DNA of 64,000 nt from Octopus vulgaris (Eukaryota), in NCBI GenBank assembly GCA_951406725.2, contig OX597824.1, positions 67,084,001 through 67,148,000 of the forward strand, given 5' to 3'. The stretch's first letter is position 1. Each line of letters starts with the position of its first letter. The notes beneath the pieces were generated by a model, which saw only the letters and a list, made by a program, of their open reading frames with translations, made no database searches and was not told the origin of the DNA. Below are positions 37,401 through 51,192 of the stretch, one piece after another. Position numbers and translations under genes: made by a program.

Positions 37401-38675
37401 GGAAGGTTTTGGCATTTATAAGCAGCCATCTCTCCCTTTGCCTTGTAAGGATGTAGTCAATTTGGCTGGTATGTTGGCCCGATTGGTAAGTGACTAGGTG
37501 GCTGGTAGGTTTCCTGAAGTTAGTGTTGCAAATCATAAGATTATTTGCATCGCAGAACTCCAGCAGCCTGGTTCCCTCCTCGTTGCGGGAGCCATAGCCA
37601 TAGCCTCCATGTACGCCATGGAAGCCCCCAGCATGTCGTCCAACGTGACCATTGAAGTCACCAGCCACAAAGATAAGGTCTCTGTCGTTCGTCAATGAGG
37701 TAGTCTGCAGTAGAGTGTCATAGAATCGGTCTTTCTGTCCATCGGGTAGCCCCGACTGAGGAGCATAGGCTGATATAATGGTTGCTAAACTATGATGAAG
37801 CACTAATCTAATCTTAAGTATTCTGTCACTTACTCTGATTACCTCAATTACTTTATCTACCCATTTCTCAGCGATAAGTATACCCACGCCACCAACCCCG
37901 TCAGTGTTCCCTGCCCAGAAAATCTTGTACCTGCGTTCCTTGCCTGTGAGGAACCTAGCTGATCCTCCTCTCCACCTTATTTCTTGCATGCAACATATAT
38001 CCACACATCTCCGTTCAAGCATCTCGACTATCTCACCAGACCTACCTTTCAGAGTGCCAACGTTGAGGGTGCCAACCCTGAGGGTGTGGAAGGCATGGGC
38101 TCTAGAGACCCTGGGACGGTGGACAGTAGCTTCGTGTACCTGAAAAGAAAGCTCGCATTTGGCAGAATTCATGTGCAAAAAATGAAGTAGTAAAGTAGCC
38201 TTCAGTACAACCTGCATAACGCTAGCCTTTCATATTTTGCACTGTATGAACATTACCTTACATAGGTCGAGACTAGGGGTAGGGACGGGTAGGGATGGTG
38301 AGAGCATTTGCAGTCTTCATGGGAAGCAACCCCGGAATGGAAGAGAATAGGAACTTCCGGCATGCGTGGTGGGGGTGGGAGGGCGGGTGCACCGTAGCTG
38401 AGTAAAGAGGTTCTGTTAATCGTGAGCTAGCAAATGGGTTTGTATGAATCGGGAGACAATACTAAACGAAAAATTGAAAAATTGAAAAATTGAAAAATCA
38501 GAGTGGCTATGAACCTGGAGACAAGTCTAAACGAAAAAAAAAAATGTTTGAGCTAGACAGGGTAATGAGGGAATACTGAAAGAATGAGGGACAATACAAT
38601 GAGATGGAAATTGAAGAATAGAGAAAGAATAAGGATAAGTGCAAGAAAGAAGGTAGTCGTAGCGAGGTTGGACGA
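34439..38675 (-). mobile_element. Full-length RTE-clade LINE (~4.2 kb)
   Basis: ~450-nt 5' UTR, a single ORF, a ~600-nt 3' UTR with an internal duplication (~34770-34975), and a (GAT)n tail ending in a (TA)n tract. The 5' border is approximate and no TSD is visible. Confidence 0.92.
35050..38217 (-). CDS. RTE LINE polyprotein: AP endonuclease + reverse transcriptase, uninterrupted 1055 aa
   Basis: APE motifs TLNVGTL, MQE, AYAPQ, GDFNGHVG and SQIDY. RT motifs [38 protein letters not shown] and YADD. RTE C-terminus [16 protein letters not shown]. Confidence 0.95.
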   Translation of the reverse strand: MQVVLKATLLLHFLHMNSAKCELSFQVHEATVHRPRVSRAHAFHTLRVGTLNVGTLKGRSGEIVEMLERRCVDICCMQEIRWRGGSARFLTGKERRYKIFWAGNTDGVGGVGILIAEKWVDKVIEVIRVSDRILKIRLVLHHSLATIISAYAPQSGLPDGQKDRFYDTLLQTTSLTNDRDLIFVAGDFNGHVGRHAGGFHGVHGGYGYGSRNEEGTRLLEFCDANNLMICNTNFRKPTSHLVTYQSGQHTSQIDYILTRQRERWLLINAKTFPGEECTPQHRLVVSDFRIRTRRTTRRRQIWRRRIWKLKDPANGQRFRDILLEASDEVEGDRASQGVEDSWTFLRDNLLRATDQICGWCKVPSRPRITWWWNNIVDRAIREKRQAWKVWKNGGSRELYQTAKREARRQVYLARGEADKKKFANVLRREDQKLEVFRVARQCVRENRDVVGEKCVRMEDGSLALNEDAKREVWRCHYERLLNEENEWDKESLPNVDPTEGPAIRVDSSVVAKAIRSMKTGKAPGPSGITAEMLKMSGSVGYSLVTHIVNQVIHKGVIPNDWCSSIIVNCYKGKGDALDTNNYRGIKLLDQVMKVTERVIAQLIRERVSLDEMQFGFVPGKSTTDAIFLVRQLQEKYLAKDKPLYLAFVDMEKAFDRVPRSLIWWAMRKLGIDEWLVRAVRAMYRDAASRVRVGNEYSEEFRVEVGVHQGSVLSPLLFIIVLQAITEEFKTGCPWELLYADDLALIAESLSELEEKFQVWKQGLESKGLRVNLAKTKVVISRKVDKSQTPSGRWPCSICRKGVGRNSIRCTKCKLWTHKRCSNVKGRLTRKMVFVCGRCSGTINTENALRPTSVTLQGEKLEIVDSFRYLGDQVSSGGGCAESVTARVRIAWAKFRELLPLLVTKGLSHRVKGRLYDACVRTAMLHGSETWAVTAEDMRKLARNEASMLRWMCNVSTHTRQSVSTLREKLDLRSISCGVQERRLRWYGHVARMDEDSCVKKCHALAVEGTCGRGRPRKTWDEVVKHDLRTLGLTEEMTRDRDLWKCAVREKTRQDK

Positions 38676-39770
38676 TTCACTTAACTTTTAGCCATTCTAT
38701 ATACATAAATGTATATATATATATAATGAGTTTAAAAATATCTAACAGATGCACAAACAAATGCTTGTTTGTGCATTTATTATTTAATGCAATGCTTTGT
38801 ACACAAAAAATTTTGTTTACAAGTATGTATACGTATATATATAGAAATATATATAAATACATACATACATACATACATATACATACACACAGAGATAGAA
38901 ATAGATAAATAGCTACACTACCCTCACCTCCCATATCTAACTAATACCAGAAAAGCTGAACTGCAATACTATAGAGAAACAACATAGTATATAATATGTC
39001 TCAAAGAATGACAGACAGATGTGATTGTCTCTTAAAAATGGGAACTCACATGATGAACTCTTACAACAAAGGAACAGAAATAACAGAATGACAGATTCTC
39101 AGTAATGTACCAAGAGATCAACAGGAAAGATATTCCAAAATTTTGGGTGGTGAAGTGCTTAAAATGGGAATGCTTTGTCGCAATATCTGATCTTTCAAAA
39201 CGATATTCATTCAGTATATGCATTAGTAATCGTGTGATATAAATGAAGTTATAAATAGCAACAATAATAATGTTATGAAGACATTTATTTATCATTTAAT
39301 GGAATTTTGAATGTTATCCTCGAATCAATATTGATTCAGTTAACTTTTGTGTAGCAAACTTTGACATTTTCATAGCTATGCATATTGACTATATGATGGA
39401 AGTTGATGGGAGTATTACAGCCTGATCAAGAGTTTTAATTTATTGAGTGAAGTGTTCCTGGCATATTTAATGAAGCAAGCACAATAACTTTAATTACTTA
39501 TGTATGTGTGTGCATGCATATATGTGTGCATGGTCATGCATGCATGTGTGTGTTTTTGTGTGTGTGTGTTAATGTCCATGTATATAGTTACATTTCAAGG
39601 TAGATTCAATTTAGGTGCAGCTGTAGGTAAGAATTTTACTTCCTAAAGTATGGTTTTCGGTTCAGTCCCATTGTGTGGAACCTTGAAGAAGTGTCCTCTG
39701 CTATTGCCCTGGGCCAACCAAAGCTTTGTGAGTAGTAGATTTGGTAGACAGAAACTGAAAGATGCTCATC

Positions 39771-39802
<32 letters not shown>

Positions 39803-42800
39803 TTGTATGTGTGTGTGTGGTGTTGTTGTGTTTATGTCGCCCGTAACTTTGCAGCTCAACAAAAGAGACCAATAGAATAAGTACCAGGCTTAAAAAACAA
39901 AAGTACTGGGATTGATTCATTTGACTAACATTCATCAAGGAGGTGCCCCAGCATGGCCACAGTCAAATGGCCAAAACAAATAAAAGATAATTGAGATGCA
40001 TTTCATACCACACCATGCCAGGAATTCCTGTCCTCGATTTATTTTTGGTAGATCCATGCTATGTGTTCTGCCAACAACATCAACATAATTGATTGTTCTT
40101 CATCCTCTAGAAAGGTATAAAAGTATGAAGGTATCCAAAATATAACACCTGATATGGCCTGGTGTTCAGTGTGATAGCAGTGGCTAACTGACTCTACCTT
40201 ACACTGAGCAACAATAGCTGAGTTTGGCGAAATTTGTTAATAAATCTTCTCTTTGTGTTTGTGTTTGTGTATTGATATAATATATTTGAAAGCAGTGGCT
40301 TTGTATTCCAAAGACCAGTTCGTATAAAGATTAATCTTTAACCAAAGCAAAAATTCATTTCCATGATGATGATGATGATGATGATGATGACATCATCAAC
40401 GACTTGGCAACCTCAGCAGCACTGGTGACATGGAAAAAGCTCCCAGTACACTCTGTAAAGTGGTTGATGTTAGGAAGAGTACTCAGAAGTGGAAACCATG
40501 CTGAAGCTGACACTGGAGGTCAATGTGGCCTTGCAGCTCACCAGATGCAGCCAAACTATCCAATGCATAGTTGCATGGAAAGGGGATGTTAAATCATGAT
40601 GCTGATGATGATGATGATCAATATCAACCTCATCACCACTGCCAAAACCATCACTACCACAACTACCACCACCATCATCATTGTCAATGTCATTATCATC
40701 ACCATTATCTTCATAATCATCAGGGTGGTGGTTGTGGTAGTGGTGGTTTTGGTGGTGGTGGTGGTGGTGGTGGTGGTGATGATGATCATCATCATCATCT
40801 TCAACATTTGATGTCCACTTTCCATGCTGCCATGTATTGGATGGTTTAGCTGCATCTGGTGAGCTGCAAGGCTGCATTGGCTTCCAATGTCAGCTTTGGC
40901 ATGGTTTCTACATCTGAGTACCCTTCCTAACATCAACCACCTTACAGTGTGTACTGGGTCTTTTTCCTGTCACCAGCACTGTTGAGATTGCCAAGTAACT
41001 TGCAAGACAAAAAAGGAAAGGAAAAAGAGAAAGCTCCCACTACTAAGTGGAGAATATCTGAGAGAGTAAGTGGGGTTTATGCCAAGTGTTGTAAAGCTAA
41101 AGTATGACAGAGGGACAAGCACAGATATCTTGCTATAGAGGAGGTACATGGCTAACTCACAGCACATTATGAATAGAAGTGGGTGGGAGTAGTTGAAAAG
41201 GAAATAAAAGGAATGTTGTGATGGAGTGCCAGAGGAAGGATGGTCAAATGAGAACCATCAATGGTGTAGTGAAATGGTAACTAATGTAGTAGAAGAGTTG
41301 CCATCAATTAAGTAAAATTATTAACAGCAACTGTAAAATAGTTAGCAGGATAATGAAATGGCTACAAGTGGTATTTATGTGGCTAACAGCAGTAGTGAAA
41401 TTGTTAACAATAGTGAAAGGCAAAGGGTAAAGACCTGCTTCAGTCATGAATGAGTATGGGATTGCACCTAGAAAGTTAGCCTCTGAGACACATGTCCTGG
41501 CAAGGTTGTTTCTGGAAGACCAGCAGTCACCTATGCATACCAGTCTCTCTCTCTCTCCATGTCACTGGTGTTATTCAAGGGAAAAGCAAAGGCTGATACA
41601 GCTTGGCACCAGTGATATTACAACTCATTTTTACAGCTGAGTGAACTGGAGCAATGTGAAATAAAGTGTCTTGCTCAAAAAAAACAACACACAGCCCAGT
41701 CTGAGAATAAAATAGACTACTTCATGATTGTGAGCTCAGCACTCTAAGCACTGAGCCATGCACCTTCATCTTGTGCTAAGCAACAGTACCAAGTGAATAT
41801 TTTAATAACTTAGTAGGGAACATCGTCTCATATGCAACACATGTTTATTTAGTTATGTTATAAAAATTTTACTGGATTGATGCCATTTTCATGATTTAAA
41901 TTACACTGAATCATTTTGCTTTAATATTTACTAAACCTTACTATGGATTAAATCTGTAGTGTTTTAACTATTACAGAATTTATACATGAATTACATCTAT
42001 TAAATTCATTGAATAAGCCATAAACAGCAGTCTTATTTATACAGTTTGACTGAAAAAATCTTTTTTATAGTTTCTAATATGTTTAAAACTGTTTAGTGCA
42101 TTTAATAAATTTCAATAATTTACAATTACAGTGACAGCTAAAATCAATGGATTTACCTGCTTTTAACATCTGTGCTCCATGCTGGTATGAGTTGAATTGT
42201 TTAATGGGATCCAACAGGTCTGAAGACTGCATTGTGCTCCAATGTTTGCTTTTGCAGAGTTTCTATTGCTGTGTGACCTTTCTAAGACAAACCATTTTAC
42301 ATTACGTAGTAGATGCCTTTTTTTTATATTGTGGCACCAGCACTAGTGAGTATGAATACTTGGAAAATATAATGTACAATGTATAATGGTCTTCTCTTTA
42401 TATCACCATCATGATAACCACCACCACATATATCACCATCATGATCACCATCACAACTATCCTCCCATCATCATCATCATTAACATCCATGTTCGATGCT
42501 GACATAGGCTGGATGCTTTGACAGGATCCAATGGGTCCAAAGACAACATTATACTCCAGTGTCTGTTTTAGCATGTTTTCTATGGCTGGATTACCCTTCC
42601 TAACATCAACCATTTAACTGTATGTACTGGGTGTTTTTTTTTTTTGTTTTTTTACTGGCACCAACACTAGTGAGGTTGCAATTTCACCTGCAAGACTAAA
42701 ATCACTTTCAATTGAGTATGGCTATAGTAGAGAGGAAGACAGCTTTATGCTATATGAGGAGTTACAGTGTGAGAGTAGGAACCAGAACAGAATAGGTTTC

Positions 42801-44479
42801 TTGCTCTAGAGGAGCTGCATGACAACTCACATTATAGAAGAGTTGGTAACACTGATGATATGTTAGTAAATTTTAATATCTAATATTTGGTTCTGCTAAC
42901 AGTGGAACATTATTTCTCTGTAACAAAATGCATTTAAGTGTTCCTTGATGACCCATTATCGTTAAGCATCCAGTTGCAATTGAAACATCACATGCATAGT
43001 TCCAAACTAACACAATGTTGAGACATACATAAGAACAAATAATATGAGCTATATATATCATGGACTCATTAGATGATGTATGAGGGTTCCACAATTTCTT
43101 GCTAAACAACCATATTATGGGTGTGCATGTCTATATATTGTATATATGTGTGGGCTATATATCATAAGTGTATATGTCTATATATTATATGTGTATGGTT
43201 ATATATTGTTGATGTGTATGTGTCTATATACTGTTGATGTATAAGTCTATGCATTGAAGGTGTAAGTGTTTATATATTCTAGATGTGTATGTGTATATAT
43301 TGTCAGTATTTATATTCATATACTATAGATATATATGCACGCACACATATTGGCATGTGTATTTGTTCATGAATCTAAATAGGGATGCAGATACAGACTT
43401 ATAAAGGTATTTGAGTCCCATCGGGCATGTGCTGCATTTTGCACCCCATTTCAAGGCATCAAGTAGCTGACGAGGGATTCACACCAAGTACTTTATGTTG
43501 AAATTCTTCTCTCTAAAATAATCCTTGTATACCCAACCCTATTTGCTTTAAAATATATTTTCTACATTTAGAAATTAATAATCAATTGAAGTATGTTACT
43601 TTCTTTTTATGCATATTGTATATCTTAAGTAGGTGCAGATACATGGAGACTTATATGAGTATGTGTCCCCATGCGTATTATTAAAAAACACAAAATCAAG
43701 TTGAGTTGTAAAAGTAGCAATTTTACAGGGAACAGATGTTTTCCTTAAAGGTTTATTAAACCAGTAAAAAAAAAACTGGATCAAAGGTAATTTATTTGGT
43801 AATTAAAGATGGCAACTGTCAGATCAGTGCATGTTTGAGAAGGATGAGAAAGTAGATTTTGCAGGGATAGGAGAAGATGAAAATAGCATTCTAGAATGGT
43901 AGTCTCTATCTTTTCACTATGAAATGGAAAATAAAAAAATTTGGAAAGCCAAATTTGGAGGATAGTTCATTTTGGAAATTATCACAGCAATAATGGTTTC
44001 AAATTTTGGCATAAAACCAGCAAGATCAGGGAAAGGGGTACATCGATTACATTGACCCCAGTACTCAACTGGTATTTATCTTATCGAGTCTGAAAGGATG
44101 AATGGCAAAGTCAGCCTTGGTGGAATTTTAACTCAGATTGTAAGGATGGACAAAATACTGCTAAGCATTTTGCCCAGCATGCGAACAATTCTGCCAGCAT
44201 GCCACCTAAATTATCACAGTAATAATAATAATAACAATAATAATAATCATTTCTACTATAGGCACAAGGCCTGAAATTTGAAGGAAAGGGATTAGTCGAT
44301 TGCATTGACTCCAGTGCTCAACTGGTACTTATTTCATCGACCACGAAAAGATGAAAAGCAAAGTCAACCTTGGCAGAATTTGAACTCAGAACATAAAGAC
44401 AGATGACATGCCGCTAAACATTTTTTTCCAGTTTGCTAACGACTCTGCCAACTCACTGCCTTAATTATCACAGTAATAA

Positions 44480-44966
44480 TAATACATTCCATGTCATAAG
44501 CTACAAACCTTGTAAATAATGCATGTTTTGTTATTGAGAGAAAGACAAAATTTAAATTAAATTAATAGTTGGGTACTGTCTGTGAGAAAAATAGCACGAT
44601 GATGCAATTCACTCTGACAGAAATTTGGAAATGACATGTTGTACTGCTTGGCATTTGTGCCAGAAGCTCCAGTATGAACATGTCAGAGTGTTTGGGTGTC
44701 AATCTGTGGACAGTACAATCTGAGGACGTGTACCAAAAATGATAAAAATCAAACATCCAGTCAACATCATGGTGTTTGGAGTGATCACTAGTGATGGCGA
44801 TGTTATGCCTCCATTCATCTTCCCACACGGCCTCAGACACAACATGGAGGCTTACATCAAGTGCCTTGAAGAGGTAGTAATGCCCTGGGTCAAGAGGGTG
44901 GCTGCTGGAAGACCCTGTGTCTGGCAACAGGACTCTGCACCATGCCACACAAGCAGAAGAACCCAG
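44480..44966 (+). pseudogene. Internally deleted Tc1/mariner-superfamily (maT/DDxD-like) transposase fragment
   Basis: KHPVNIMVFGVITSDGDVMPPFIF...YIKCLEEVVMPW...WQQDSAPCHTS. Same family as 60710-61224. Confidence 0.85.
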
Positions 44967-45135
44967 AAGAACTTATTCACAAGGTACAGGAATCTTATAT
45001 GTATACCATTCTGCCTAAATAAGGAACTGCAGATACAATATCCCTGCATATCTCACATCTACTTTTATTCCTTCACTTCACTTTCTGTTTCATATCTTAT
45101 CTAGAATAACTATTGTTTAACCTTTTTCTCACATC

Positions 45136-45183
45136 GTCTCTGATGAAGGGATATATAAAATATCCCAGAAACAGCTGTAAGAC
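45136..45183 (+). ncRNA. Minimal type-I hammerhead ribozyme in a Penelope-like terminal fragment (~44967-45241)
   Basis: GTCT-CTGATGA-A-GGGATAT-ATAAA-ATATCCC-A-GAAA-CAGCTG-TA-AGAC. Core is intact, stem II is 7 bp and stem III is palindromic. Predicted cleavage after A45179. Confidence 0.8.
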
Positions 45184-45238
45184 TTTCTATTTATAAATGT
45201 TCTGATCTGTAACAGCCTTGGATTTTTATTTCATGCTA

Positions 45239-46346
<1,108 letters not shown>

Positions 46347-46380
46347 TATATATATATGTATATATATATATGTATATATA

Positions 46381-47293
46381 TCATCATCATCATCATCATC
46401 CTCATTTAACGTCCGCTTTCCATGCTAGCATGGGTTGGACGGTTCAACTGGAGTCTGGGGAGCCCGAAGGCTGCACCAGGCCAGTCAGATCTGGCAGTGT
46501 TTCTACAGCTGGATGCCCTTCCTAACGCCAACCACTCCGAGAGTGTAGTGGGTGATTTTATGTGCCACCGACACAGGTGCCAGACGAGGCTGGCGAACGG
46601 CCACGCTCGGATGGTGTTTTTTTTATGTGCCACCGACACAGGTGCCAGACGAGGCTGGCAGACGGCCACGCTCGGATGGTGTTTTTATGTGCCACCGACA
46701 CAGGTGCCAGACGAGGCTGGCAGACGGCCACGATCGGATGGTGTTTGTTATGTGCCCGGATGGTGTTTGTTACGTGCCCACAGCACGGAGGCCAGTCGAT
46801 GCGGTACTGGCTACGGCCACGTTCGGATGGTTTTCTTGTGTGCCACCGGCACTGGTACCACAAAGATACAAATTCCATTGATGTTCATCTATTTTGATTT
46901 GGTTTGATTTGATTTTCACTTGCCTCAACAGGTCTTCACAAGTGTCACATACTTGCCTCAACAGGTCTTCACAAGTGTCATAAGAAGGAAGGTATGCACA
47001 GGTAGACTGACTACGTCCCAGGTAGGGGCCACGGGTTATGGCCTGACTAGTCTTGCCGGGTCTTTGGATGGTGTTTTTATGTGCCACCAACACAGGTGCC
47101 AGATGAGGCTGGCGAACGGCCACGATCGGATGGTGTTTGTTACGTGTCCACAGCACGATGTGGTACTGGCTACCGCCACGTTCGGATGGTTTTCTTGTGT
47201 GCCACCGGCATTGGTACCACAAAGATACAAATTCCATTGATGTTCATCTATTTTGATTTGTTTTGATTGGATTTGATTATGATTATGATTATG

Positions 47294-47331
<38 letters not shown>

Positions 47332-49997
47332 CACTTGCCTCAACAGGTCTTCACAAGTGTCATTTGATTTGATTAGATTAGATTAGCACTTGCCTCAACA
47401 GGTCTTCACAAGTGTCATTTGATTTGATTTGCACTTGCCTCAACAGGTCTTCACAAGTGTCACAAGAAGGAAGGTATGCACAGGTGGACTGACTACGTCC
47501 CAGGAAGGGGCCACGGGCTATGGCCTGACTAGTCTTGCCGGGTCTTCGGACAGGTGCCAGATGAGGCTGGCGAACGGCCACGATCGGATGGCGTTTGTTA
47601 TGTGCCCACAGCACGGAGGCCAGTCGATGCGGTACTGGCTACAGCCACGATCGAATGGTTTTCTTGTGTGCCACCGGCACTGGTACCACAGAGATACAGA
47701 TTCCAATGATGTTCATCTATTTTGATTTGTTTTGATTTTTTGATTTTTTGATTTGTTGATTTTCACTTGCCTCAACAGGTCTTCACAAGTGTCACAAGAA
47801 GGAAGGTATGCACAGGTGGACTCCCAGGTAGGGGCCACCACGATCGGATGGTGTTTGTTATGTGCCCACATCACAGAGGCCAGTCGATGCGGTACTGGCT
47901 ACAGCCACGTTCGGATGGTTTTCTTGTGTGCCACCGGTACTGGTACCACAAAGATACAAATTCCATTGATGTTCATCTATTTTGATTTGGTTTGATTTGA
48001 TTTGATTTTCACTTGCCTCAACAGGTCTACACAAGTGTCACACACTTGCCTCAATAGGTCTTCACAAGTGTCATAAGAAGGAAGGTATGCACAGGTGGAC
48101 TGACTACGTCGCCGGGTCTTCGGATGGTGTTTTTATGTGCCACCGACACAGGTGCCAGATGAGGCTGGCGAACGGCCACGATCAGATGGTGTTTGTTGTG
48201 CCCACAGCACGGAGGCCAGTCGATGCGGTACTGGCTACGGCCACGTTCGGATGGTTTTCTTGTGTGCCACCGGTACTGGAACCACAAAGATACAAATTCC
48301 ATTGATGTTCATCTATTTTGATTTGGTTTGATTTTCACTTGCCTCAACAGGTCTTCAGAAGTGTCACACACTTGCCTCTGCCTCAACAGGTCTTCACAAA
48401 GTGTCACACACTTGCCTCTGCCTCAACAGGTCTTCACAAGTGTCACACACTTGCCTCAACAGGTCTTCACAAGTGTCATAAGAGGGAAGGTATGCACAGG
48501 TGGACTGACTACGTCGCCGGGTCTTCGGATGGTGTTTTTATGTTCCACCGACACAGGTGCCAGATGAGGCTGGCGAACGGCCACGATCGGATGGTGTTTG
48601 TTGTGCCCACAGCACGGAGGCCAGTCGATGCGGTACTGGCTACGGCCCGAACGGCCACGATCGGGTGGTGTTTGTTGTGCCCACAGCACGGAGGCCAGTC
48701 GATGCGGTACTGGCTACAGCCACGTTCGGGTGGTTTTCTTGCGTGCCACCGGCACTGGTACCACAAAGAATACAAATTCCATTGATGTTCATCTATTTTG
48801 ATTTGTTTTGATTTGATTTTCACTTGCCTCAACAGGTCTTCATAAGTGTCACAAGAAGGAAGGTATGCACAGGAGGACTGACTACGTCCCAGGTAGGGGC
48901 CACGGGTTATGGCCTGACTAGTCTTGCCGGGTCTTCTCACGCACAGCATACTTCCATAGGTCTCGGTCTCTAGACATTTCCTTAGTGAGACCTAAAGTTC
49001 GAAGGTCGTGCTTCACCACCTCGTCCCAGGTTTTCCTGGGTCTACCTCTTCCACAGGTTCCCTCAACTGCTAGGGTGTAGCACTTTTGCACACAACTATC
49101 TTCAGCCTTTCTCGTCACATGACCATACCAGCGCAGCCGTCTCTCTTGCACACCACAACTGACGCTTCTTAGGTTCAACTTTTCTCTCAAGGAACTTACA
49201 CTCTGACGATTATGAACACTGACATTACACATCCATCGGAGAATACTGGCTTCATTTCTTGCGAGCTTACGCATATCCTCAGCAGTCACGGCCCATGTTT
49301 CACTACCATGTAGCATGGCTGTACATACACATGCATCATACAGTCTGCCTTTTACTCTGAGCGAGAGGCCTTTTGTCACCAGCAGGAGTAAGAGCTCTCT
49401 AAACTTTGCCCAGGCTATTCTTACTCTAGCAGTTACACTTTCAGCACACCCACCCCCGCTACTGACTTGGTCTCCTAGGTAGCGGAAGCTATCAACTACT
49501 TCTAGTTTGTCTCCCTGGAACGTGGCAGAAGTTGGTCTCTGCACATTTCCAGTGTTTATTGCTCCTGAGCATTTGCCACAGACAAAAACTATTTTCCTAG
49601 TTAGCCTTCCTTTAACATTGCTGCACCTCTTATGTGTCCATAGCTTACACTTGGTGCATCTTATAGAGTTTCTACCAACACCTTTTTTACAGATCGAGCA
49701 GGGCCATCTACCTGAAGGCGTTTGTGATTGATCTACCTTCCTACTTATTAGGACTTTGGTTTTGGCTAGGTTGATTCTAAGGCCCTTCGATTCTAATCCT
49801 TGTTTCCACATCTGAAACTTCTCCTCCAGTTCTGATAGTGACTCAGCAATTAGAGCAAGGTCATCAGCATAGAGGAGCTCCCAGGGGCAACCTGTCTTGA
49901 ATTCCTCCGTTATTGCCTGGAGGACTATGATAAATAGGAGGGGACTGAGGACTGAACCTTGGTGGACCCCAACCTCTACCCGGAATTCTTCACTGTA
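46381..49997 (-). mobile_element. 5'-truncated RTE LINE with open C-terminal half ORF (48918-49997) and ~2.5-kb tandemly expanded 3' UTR
   Basis: The protein from [14 protein letters not shown] to the stop is highly similar to 35050-38217. The 3' UTR modules are repeated about six times before the (GAT)n tail. Confidence 0.92.
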
Positions 49998-50031
<34 letters not shown>

Positions 50032-50119
50032 CACATATATATATACATATATATATACATATATATATACATATATATATACATATATATATACATATAT
50101 ATATATGTATATATATATG

Positions 50120-50204
<85 letters not shown>

Positions 50205-50213
50205 GTATATATG

Positions 50214-50276
<63 letters not shown>

Positions 50277-50328
50277 GTATGTGTGTGTGCGTGTGTGTGT
50301 ATGTATGTATGTATATATATATATTTTT

Positions 50329-50368
<40 letters not shown>

Positions 50369-51046
50369 CATACATACATACATACATACATACATACATA
50401 CATAATGAACTTCCATGTAGTTTCTGTCTACCAGATTTGCTTACAGAGTATTGATTGCCCTGGGCCTATAGCAGACACTTACCCAAGGTGCCATGCAGTG
50501 GGACTGAACCTGAAACCACACCCTCATGCCTCTGCTTCTATTTCATAAGACAGTTTAAAAACTAACATAATAATACAAGCTTCATAATAAATATAAAAAT
50601 AAGTATAATAAAAATTTTAATGAGCCACTTGAAACTGAACTTTCCCAGGCAAATTTAGTAATATTTACTAGTAACAGAAAAACTTAAAATAAAATATTTA
50701 GCTTGGCATCGATAAGATTTTATCAAAAACTGGATTTCACTGATTTCAGTTTTGAAAATATTTATCCACAGATATAATTACTACCAGATAATGAAAGCAT
50801 AGCAGTAACAAACTTTCTTAATCCTTTTAATATACCAACCCACTTAAGACCACCACTGGTTCTGTGATACAAACATCCTGTTAAAAGTGATCTTAATTAA
50901 AACCTTCCATCCAAATTTTATCCCAATTTGTGTTCCAGATACGAGCTTAATAATTAAGGACAAAGTTATTTTACTAATTTGTTAATTATTTTCAAAATTA
51001 CCTGAAACCTAGCCATCTAAGTATCATACTCATGACACATACACCA

Positions 51047-51126
51047 TTGAGAGGCATGATGCTTTGGGTTTTTGTCTGAAAGAAAATCTCTTCATTATCA
51101 TACTGTATTAAAAACATATATATATG

Positions 51127-51192
<66 letters not shown>

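Noticed and set aside
35657-37698. Plus-strand ORFs overlapping the RTE
   Set aside because: Antisense shadows of the RT coding sequence.
38940-39210. Protein-like fragments (QEINRKDIPKFW...) suggesting a hAT transposase relic
   Set aside because: Too degenerate to assign.
43383-43790. Chain of possible plus-strand micro-exons (GCRYRLIK, VQIHGDLYE, EQMFSLK)
   Set aside because: Phase-compatible but with weak acceptors, and short enough to arise by chance.
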